From NCBI GenBank assembly GCA_020137815.1, contig CM035362.1, positions 248,001 to 312,000 of the forward strand: DNA of 64,000 nucleotides, given 5' to 3'. A program made the position numbers and the translations under genes. This document shows, in pieces, positions 54,452 to 64,000 of the stretch (positions are counted from its first letter, which is position 1; every line of letters begins with the position of its first letter). The notes beneath the pieces are model-generated. The model was not told the DNA's origin. It made no database searches and saw nothing but the letters and a program-made list of their open reading frames with translations. This DNA is from Hormiphora californensis. Taxonomy: Eukaryota > Animalia > Ctenophora.

Positions 54452-54866
54452 ATGGTATCCGTTAGGGCCATCACGTTGATCCTCTTTGTTACCTCTCTCT
54501 TTCCGGGGATTCTGTCTATTGGGGAAGGTGAGGAAGAGTATGACCTCAAGGTGAGTTAAACGCCCATCTAGACTCTAGATGGGTAACTAATTTCAGTCTC
54601 TAGATTCTAGAGACTGAAATTAGTTACTCCTGTTACCTCTGTTACTTCTGTTTATCAGAGAAACTGAACGTTTGGTTTCAATTATCACTTTTCTTCTGTG
54701 TACTAAAGTAAAACTCACAATCTACACACAGGTGCGATCGAGGCGTGATGCACAGGCAGATTTGAACGACTACCGGGAACTTCTCTATATCCTGCTGGCC
54801 CTGATCATAGCGGGGATTATCATTGCAGTTCTGGTGTATGTGTTCTGTTGTGGGAGAAGGGATTGA
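54452..54866 (+). CDS. 77-aa type-I membrane microprotein with signal peptide and furin site
   Basis: Exons 54452-54550 and 54732-54866, phase 0 (GTGAGT..CAG). Product MVSVRAITLILFVTSLFPGILSIGEGEEEYDLK-VRSRR-DAQADLNDYRELLYILLALIIAGIIIAVLVYVFCCGRRD*. Confidence 0.75.
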
Positions 54867-55398
54867 GTGATGTGACACTGAGTCGGGAGTTACAGGAGAT
54901 CTTCTTGGACTGATGAACTGTTTGTATAAGTCGTGGTGGATCGGGTTGGAGAGAGAATGGGTACAAGACATTGGAAGGGCGGAAGCCCCGGCCCCTTGAA
55001 TTTTATATTGATATAAAACAATGATTTGGTGGAGACTGGGGACTTTGGGGAGATTGGTGTCATTTTTGCAGATATTATATTTTATTAGAAAAACCGATTT
55101 ATTTAGTTCAATCAATTCATTAAGATGAGAGATACGTGTAGAGATACAGAAGATTTATCATCGAGGGAGTGATTACCAGTGTTTTTATAGGCAGGCCTCC
55201 TGCTAATTATTATATAAGCATTTTATATCACCTTAATTCATGAAACCCCACCACATTTTAATTGTATCTGTTCCAAAATGGTTGGTAACGGGCCCGAAGA
55301 GGAGAGGGTTCCCAGATTCAAACAAATTAGGGTACAAATAATTATTGTATTCCCCGAATAGTTGAACCTGCATCCCTACCCCCTCCCTCTCTCCCTCC

Positions 55399-55475
<77 letters not shown>

Positions 55476-56268
55476 CCCGGCCTCTCTCTCTCTCACTCTC
55501 TTTTATATGTGTGTTTGGAGCCAATATGCCGGTACCTACTCCTTAGTAAATGCCCTGTCTAACTCCCCGTCTATAATCACGTGGTTTTGTGTTCTCTTTC
55601 CTACCCATCTCTATCATGACTCCATCTCCATTGAATTTCTCTCTCCCTTTTTATATCTCTCTTTCTCTCTCCATCTCTCCATCTTTCATTCTTAATCTTC
55701 CTTAGATTCTTAATCTTCCTTAGATTTTCTACTCTATTCTCTATCACATTCTCTCTTTCTTTGCTTATCCGTCTTGCTAATCTATGCATTATATGTACAT
55801 CCACGAACCCATCTATCCCATCCATAATTCCCATCCCTCTCATAATTCATGATGTTTCGCGGTTTTATACTCCGAGACCTACACGTATTCTCCTTTCCCA
55901 GAGAATTATATCATATTTATACAGCCTACCAATCATGTGCCTATCTTTCTATCTTTCTATCTTAGATTCAACTCCGTCCATCGTTTGTACAAGCAGTATA
56001 CGCAATGACTTTCTCCCTCTATTTCTCTCTTTCTTTCGTTCTCTCTCCCTCTCTTCTCTTTCTCTCTCTTTTGCGTGCTTCCCTTCCCTCTGCATGGAGC
56101 AAGCTTGCCGGTGATTGGTCATTGGCGATCACGTGATTGAAATTCTGGATTCTGATTGGTCGAGAGCTCGAGTCACGTGTTGGGCGATGAAGAGATAATG
56201 ATCCTGTAAATTGGGCCACTACGCCGGATGTGTATAAACCGCTCCATCTCTTATTTCTCGTTCTCTCT

Positions 56269-56364
<96 letters not shown>

Positions 56365-56958
56365 CCTCTCTCTCTTCTCTCTCTCCCTCTATCTCTCTCT
56401 CTCTCTCTCTTCTCTCTTTCTCTTCGTACTACAATATCTTTCGAGCTTCATCTGCGTATGTGTAATTTGTATCTCTTCTAAACATCGGCTATTCAATAAA
56501 TCTCTTCTTATTTAGTTATTAAACCAGTAGATAATATTAAATGTAGGCTGCTCTGTTTCTCTTTTTCGTATTTACATTTTACGGTATGTGCTATATAATT
56601 CCTCACCCAATATAATTTTATGACGTCATATTCAAGGAAATTAAGTTTTGTTAAGTTTCATACTTTCATGTTTTGAGGCATGGTGACGTCATAATAAAGC
56701 AATGTATGGGGTCACGTACAATGTTTTATTAAAGTTACATAATATGTAACTTTAATAAAACATTGTACGTGACCCCATACATTGCTTTATTAAAGTTTTA
56801 TTTTCGTGCTTCATCTTAATAAACTAGGACTCAGGCAGGAGTCTCAGCGATGAAAATCATAGAAGATACATTTGTTACAAATTACTCGCAACTGCAGTCC
56901 TCAATAGTTGTTCACATTTTTCATACCCCTTATTTCACGGAAACATCTTGATAAGTTG

Positions 56959-57169
56959 CAGTGGTGGTGCGGTGCTCACTGCTTCGTCATATATTGACCG
57001 CCCGCACAGTGCCGCCTACAATGCAATCCACGACACAGTCAACAATGCAGTCCAAGACGTCAAAGACATACACAATCAATGTAAGCAGACGGTGTCTTTA
57101 GACATCGTAGATCGCATGCAGGCAACACTTGGGTTAAATACGGGCGGCCAATATGACGAAGCACCACTG
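56959..57169. mobile_element. MITE (copy 2 of the 10184 family)
   Basis: CAGTGGTG ... CACCACTG termini, with the same ATATTG(G/A)CC(A/G)CCCGCACAG and GGCCAATATGACG blocks as 10184-10343. Confidence 0.6.
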
Positions 57170-57376
57170 TAAGAGAGATAACAAGACATTGATAGACAGT
57201 TGTGTGCGTGTGTGTGTGTGTGTGCGCCCCAAGATTTCTCTGTCTGGGGTCAGGGGTGGTCAGACCCCGTTTTGTCGTTTTTATTTGATTCTCAGTGCGC
57301 TCAGATCGGTGCCACCAGACACTACGGTGTATTTCTGAGCCGGATAAATCGGGTCTGAACAAGAGAGAAGGTCTTA

Positions 57377-59014
57377 CACGGTGCACCAGAAGGATCGTCA
57401 ACCCAAAGTTGAGCCCACAAAACAAACTTTTGTTGGGGGTGACCCAGGAGGCCTTCCTGGACATCCCCACGGTGAGAAAAGTATATGTTATCGGGGGAAA
57501 TTTTTGTCAAAATCGAAAAAACTGGTTTTTGGTCCAAATTTGTGCATAACTTACTTGACTGCCGTTTGATGAAATATCTGATTGACATAAAATAAGTATA
57601 CAAGACCTATTTTTGCACGAGGAATCGATTGCCGGTGGAGAGAAATCTCTAAAATGACCGGAAAATTGTCAAATATGGGAATTTTGTCATTTTTTTGAGA
57701 TTTTTGGCCCTTTAACCATTGAAAACGTTGAGATAGGAAGTTGGCAATAGCGCCAATCGTTAAAATGGTCATTTTTCTACGGGATCCCAAAATTTCATGT
57801 ATATCCGATTCATGGTTAGATTTTGGCAAACTATTGAGATGTGCTTACTGAAAAAAGGATAACTTGATTTTCTCGTTTTTTGCGATTTTTTAACTTTTGA
57901 AAGAATTCTGATTGAAATGGCCAATCAGGGCCATGCTAAAGTTGTTTATGGGACAATTTTCGACCAAAATCCAAGATTTCATGCAAATCCAATGACAGAT
58001 CATTGATTTATAGAAAGTTGAAATAGGCAAAAAAGGCCAATTTTTACCATGAAAACAAAAATACACATTTTTTCTTGTCAATTTCCATCAACAACTGGTA
58101 CCCTACCTATTTTTTGCACGTAGAATCGATTGCCGGTGGAGTGGATCCTCTTAAATGATTGGAAAGCGGTCGAAATGTCATTTTTTGGAAGTTTTTGGAC
58201 CTCCAAAAAATGGCATTTTGACCGCTTTTCCAATCATTTAAGAGGATCCACTCCACCGGTAATCGATTCTACGTGCAAAAATAGGTAGGGTACCAGTTGT
58301 TGATGGAAATTGACAAGAAAAAATGTGTATTTTTGTTTTCATGGTAAAAATTGGCCTTTTTTGCCTATTTCAACTTTCTATAAATCAATGATCTGTCATT
58401 GGATTTGCATGAAATCTTGGATTTTGGTCGAAAATTGTCCCATAAACAACTTTAGCATGGCCCTGATTGGCCATTTCAATCAGAATTCTTTCAAAAGTTA
58501 AAAAATCGCAAAAAACGAGAAAATCAAGTTATCCTTTTTTCAGTAAGCACATCTCAATAGTTTGCCAAAATCTAACCATGAATCGGATATACATGAAATT
58601 TTGGGATCCCGTAGAAAAATGACCATTTTAACGATTGGCGCTATTGCCAACTTCCTATCTCAACGTTTTCAATGGTTAAAGGGCCAAAAATCTCAAAAAA
58701 ATGACAAAATTCCCATATTTGACAATTTTCCGGTCATTTTAGAGATTTCTCTCCACCGGCAATCGATTCCTCGTGCAAAAATAGGTCTTGTATACTTATT
58801 TTATGTCAATCAGATATTTCATCAAACGGCAGTCAAGTAAGTTATGCACAAATTTGGACCAAAAACCAGTTTTTTCGATTTTGACAAAAATTTCCCCCGA
58901 TAACATATACTTTTCTCACCGTGGGGATGTCCAGGAAGGCCTCCTGGGTCACCCCCAACAAAAGTTTGTTTTGTGGGCTCAACTTTGGGTTGACGATCCT
59001 TCTGGTGCACCGTG
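57377..59014. mobile_element. 1638-bp palindromic non-autonomous Chapaev-like (CMC) DNA transposon
   Basis: CACGGTG ... CACCGTG termini, 4-bp TSD CTTA; two ~810-bp arms are near-perfect reverse complements centred at ~58195 (mirror-image ORFs in the track). Confidence 0.85.
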
Positions 59015-60867
59015 CTTAGTCCTTCAAAAATTAAGAACGGAATGACCATTACCATTTCTATTATCTCTGAAATAAGATCATCTTTCAGTCCATAATTTAT
59101 GCAATTATGTTTCGCAATCGATTTGTACTTCTTATGCGACCAAGATCAGTTAAATCACTTAAATCGGACTACCACAAGAGGTTCTCATAAGAAAGAAGGA
59201 CAGTGATCATATTTCCGACCATTATTCAGGTCACGTCTTGTGGTCTTGACTGAATTGTAGAATATTCAGTGTGGCCCAATATCTTCTAAACCGCTTGGGA
59301 GTGGTGCAAAAACTCTCGGAATCCAGATTATAGATTTGACTTCAGTGTTAATTTGACCCACTTCCTGTTGACAGACAAACTTCTCTGTTCTCGGGTATTT
59401 TCCAGTATATTAGAACCAATTTGTAGTCTTTTGCGACAAACCGGATGCAAATCGGTTCAGTGGATCGCGTGCAACATCCCTTGAAAGAAACGACCCTTTT
59501 TGGGGGGCGGAGCGGACACCTGTGTGTGGGGGTCGCACCAAGTGTCTATGTCAACAAGTATCATGACCGCTGCTGAGGGGTATATTCGCATCTTCACTAT
59601 AATGGGGGCTGGGGGGGGGAGGAACAGTCGTGACTGAACCTCCGATTATATTCAGGTTATGGCTATTTACACTTGAGATCTGATATCTCAGGTTTCAGCG
59701 ACGGTTATTCCCTGTGATTGAAGGTAATAGCCGTCACTGAAACCTGGTCTCAGTGGAAAATAGTCGTGGCCTGTTTTCCCCCACAGCGCTATGGATATAA
59801 AGTGGAAATATATCCTTGATCACACAAACGAAACTTGATAAAAGTATGGAAACTGTTCAGACGTCACAGATTGGTGACGCAGTCACCCTTACAACTGAGG
59901 CCGCACAGAGGAGGACTGCAACACCAAATATTTAGATGAAACTAGGTTAGAAATTATAAGAATGTTCTTTGGTGTTGAATTAGGAGTCAATCAAAATTTG
60001 GTTTTTTTTAAAAACACAATTTCAAGATCAATTCGGTGTCACCACACGTCCACACTCTATTTTGATCAATTTGGTCTATAACTTCTGTTCCTGATCAGAT
60101 GAAGACTTCAAACCACTAACCAGTGCCATTCGATGGGCCTTATCTTTCTCCTTCCAACGCTACCAAAACGATTTCTGTAGCTTATCAGGAACTGGAGATA
60201 TAATCAGTTATGATAATATCGAAGGACCCTTCTATCTCCGGTTCCTGACAAGCTACAGAGCTCATTTTGGTACTGTTGGAAAGATAATTTTAAGGCACAT
60301 CGAATGGCAACGGTTTTGAACCAATTTGAGCAAATTTTTAAAATGCGATCTCAAATTCTCGAAATTGTGTTTTCCCACTCGGTACACTGCAGTGGTAAAC
60401 GTGGTGGTATCCCGGGCATGGAGAAGTAATGAAAATAATGCTCCTCATAGGCAGAGCCTTTCGAATCTGGTTCTTGAAATAATGGGATAAATTTCCAGAA
60501 GATTGGATTTCAGGGCTTTTTGAATCTTAGCGCATATAATATATCATGTCATGCCTAGTTATGCCTAGTTATATTTAGCCGATTAGCCGATCGGTATATT
60601 GATCTCTGTATTGATAATTATTTTTAGCATCTCTTTTTCTTGCTCATACATCATCTAGTTAACCCTTACTCTTCCTAATAACCTCATTCAAATGACCATC
60701 CTACATTCAGGAAACGTCTATATCTCTTCTTAATGAATTACTTAGACCTCTACCATCGACCTCTCGACAGAATTACTATTTTGTCTCCATCTTGCTCTTT
60801 TCTCCCTCTCTCTATCAATCCCTCTATCCATCTCAACCTCTATCTATCATATCTCTCCAATCTCTAT

Positions 60868-61002
<135 letters not shown>

Positions 61003-61861
61003 TATATATTTAGCGTCTATAACACGCCGCAAGTAATATCTTAAGTTCTATCAGCTCTCTCCGCACATCGTCTAGCTTGTTAAAACTGTTGACATCTATC
61101 ATGATCGGAGAATAACTTTGTTTCTGTCTCCAATTCCTTCAATGGTTCATTGAAGGAATTGGAGACAGAAACAAAGTTCTCCTCCGATATGATCAATGAA
61201 TCAATGATACACAATATTATATTTGTATTTAGAGCAAAACTAATTGAAATTATTTTGTTGTTACTCCTTCATTTCCGTCACCATTGCGTTGAATGCAGAA
61301 AAGTATTCTGATATCTCAATCAAATACTTGGTAATGAAATTACCCCTCCACAAAAGCTCATGCAATATAATAACAGGTAAGGGGTGAATTCGTAACCAAA
61401 TCAAATGCTGTCTTTGTGTGGCAGTGCACGCAGTACAAGATGACTGTAGTTGATAGACAGTTGATAGATAAACAGTTGATCATCAGAAGAGCCTACAGAG
61501 CAAGGAATTGAATACCGAGAAGCAGTGAGTTCTTTCGGCCGATATACTTCCCTAGCCCAAGGAAATCTCCAGGGATTTCAGCTGAGAAGACCATGTTATA
61601 ATCGAGGTAACTGGAGGCATCCCCAACCACACTGTCAGAGCATTGGCCTGACCCATTCTCGTTTCTCTCAAATATGGGAGTGCGCGAGAACTGTGGTCAG
61701 AGCATTGACCTGACAGCAACCACACATATTTCCAGCAGCAGTAGGTGTAAGATGTAAGATGGCCATTGATTGGTTGGTGGTCACCAGGTCACCTTTACAC
61801 TTTACTTGCTTGGCAGGACAGTGACTAAAAAGCAGTAAGATACCGAAATGTTTTATCTGTA

Positions 61862-62128
61862 CAGGGCTTTTCAATAACTGTTTTTAGATTTGATAATTGT
61901 TTGTAAAAGCTTTTGGAGTTTCATTTTCGAGAAGTACTTCGCTCATTCCCGGAAATGTCTTAATAAACGTCTTCGACGATCACCCTACTACAAACTACTA
62001 TAATCGTTCCTTGTACGCTGTTTTTGGTTGAGCCGTTTTGACCTACTTTTCGATGAGTTATGGGCATTTGAATGGAACCCACTCATCACCCAAAATCACA
62101 GGTGATGCAAAGACAGTGGGACACCCTG
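61862..62128. mobile_element. Degenerate Tc1/mariner-type MITE
   Basis: TA-CAGGG ... GGGACACCCTG-TA; the left TIR is decayed. Confidence 0.45.
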
Positions 62129-62611
62129 TAATTTAAATATCTGTTGCGTTTTTCGACAATCAGTACAGATCTAGGGTTTTCTAGAATCTTCTTTTCTGAG
62201 ATTTCTGAATTTCTAGAATCTCTCATAAGCAGTTATCCTTTTGTTCTACTATTTAGGCGAACGATAGTGAAGCTCTTAGGTATCGGAAGCGATTCTTAAG
62301 ATCGCTGAATTAAGACGAAACAGTTAGAGAAAGAGAGTGAAATGAATATAGAGATGGAGAAATAGTATGGGTGAGAGAACCTGAAAGAGAGAGAGAGTGA
62401 GAGAAAGAAATAGTAAGAGAGAGAGATAGAAAGAGAGATAAAAAGAGAGAGACCTATAAAAGTAGATAATCAAGGTATATATAACAGAACATTAGCTGTG
62501 TGATGATGATGACCAATTACTATTGTAGGCTTGAACAGAATACGTAGCTATGGGGACAGTTATAATATCCCCTCAGCTATATCAGAGCTTAGTGACGTCA
62601 TTATTACTCCT

Positions 62612-63135
62612 CTCTCTCTCCTAGTTCTCTCTTAGTTCTCTCTCCTAGTTCTCTCCCAGTTCTCTTTCCTAGTTCTCTCCTAGTTCTCTCTCCTAGTTCT
62701 CTCTCCTAGTTCTCTCCTAGTTCTCTCCTAGTTCTCTCTCCTAGTTCTCTCTCCTAGTTCTCTCTCTCTCCTAGTTCTCTCTCCTGGTTGTCTCCCCTTA
62801 TCTCTCCTAGTTCTCTCTCCTAGTTCTCTCCTAGTTCTCTCTCCTAGTTCTCTCCTAGTTTTCCCCTAGTTCTCTCTCCTAGTTCTCTCCTAGTTCTCTC
62901 TTAGTTCTCTCTTAGTGTTAGTTAACTGCTCTGAGTTTCTTTCAGTGGCAGCATCTGTAAAGCTCTGCTGTCCCTGTAGAATATGGGCAGGATATAAATT
63001 TGAGTATTATTATTATTATTATTAGTTCTCTCCTGACTCCTATCATCTCCCCTAGTTCTCTCTCCTAGTTCTCTCCTAGTTCTCTCTCCTAGTTCTCCCT
63101 CCTAGTTCTCTCCTAGTTCTCTTCTAGTTCCCTCC
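62612..63135. repeat. 11-13-bp minisatellite (TAGTTCTCTC[TC]C)
   Basis: Dozens of directly visible copies in two blocks. Confidence 0.95.
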
Positions 63136-64000
63136 TAGGTCACTCTTAGTCACTGCGCTGGAAAGCACAAATGTGACCAATTTTAGCATAGTTTACTCTT
63201 CTCCCTCCCTTTTTACATCCTATCGCTCTAGACTAGACCGGGCGCATGCAGTGTCGGGTTGATCCTGCTCCCTACGGTTGCAATAGTCGATCCTGGTCCA
63301 TACAATAGTGATCCTGATCGTGGTTACCTCTTTAGGCCGGGGATGGGGGCTTCTTTAGCCGGATACATTACACTATTAACACACACGACTGTAGCAGTAC
63401 ATGCCCATTATTGTCACGTGAGTAATGGATCCTCATTGGTTTACTCTTCTCCTACCCCCTCCTTCTCTCTCTATCTTGCTCTCAATTCTCTGTCGCACTC
63501 CCTTTCTCAGTTCTCTACCTATATTTATCTCTCACTCTCTCACTATTTTCTCTCCTTCAGACTCTCACTCTCACCATCCTTCTTCTTGCAATTTACAGGC
63601 TTCTTTCTTTTCCATTAATCACTCATTCTCTTTTCTAACCTCCATCTCCAATCTAGTCTAGTTTTTCTGTCTTATATATTGCAAAACGATCTTACGTACG
63701 GTCAACCCTAATTCACTGGGGATTTCAAAGTTTTTTTCAGTATCATGATTGTCATGATTATGAGGGCAGCTTCCCTTTTTACGATTGTTTAATTGGATTT
63801 AATCAATGTTTAGGGACATATATTGGTGAAGATATCGGCTGGTTGCGTTCAAAATCCCATTCGATACATTCCCGAACTGTAAATGTAAATCTGTAACAAC
63901 AGTCTCTTCCCCTATCTATATTTTGCAAAAGACTTATTTATATGACTTTTGCAAAAGACATATAACGAGTCTTTGCTAACAAAGTTGTTCACGTCATGTT

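Noticed and set aside
57322-59055. Pairs of identical ORFs on opposite strands
   Set aside because: A by-product of the palindromic transposon; no transposase motifs.

Overview
Eukaryotic, intron-rich animal DNA with abundant (CT)n/(GA)n microsatellites. It is probably a cydippid ctenophore (Pleurobrachia/Hormiphora-like); this is inferred from a recalled 109-bp hAT MITE and the gene divergence, and is not verified. Most ORF-track entries are spurious repeat translations, so genes were rebuilt by hand from GT-AG exons. Recognisable genes: a LIM-homeobox Lmx gene (7391-11558, -), UBAP2/UBAP2L-Lingerer (22973-39081, +) and a compact TULP4 (46818-50982, +). Less familiar genes: a secreted Ig + C-type-lectin protein with a 1-nt frameshift in its Ig exon (16711-21742, +), with a divergent 7-TM receptor nested antisense in one of its introns (18420-19440, -). 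Two small spliced genes are not given whole by any ORF-track entry: a 68-aa prepropeptide releasing a 24-aa four-cysteine peptide after RGKR (5551-6158, -), and a 77-aa furin-cleaved single-pass membrane microprotein (54452-54866, +). Mobile DNA includes a three-layer nest (DNA-transposon-like element > foldback MITE > very young non-coding LTR element) in a UBAP2L intron, a 1.6-kb near-perfect palindromic Chapaev-like element, and Harbinger-, hAT-, MULE-, Tc1- and Helitron-like short elements. Window-wide patterns: tandem duplications that repeatedly copy splice junctions, many unique short palindromes, and minisatellites built from RFX X-box-like units.
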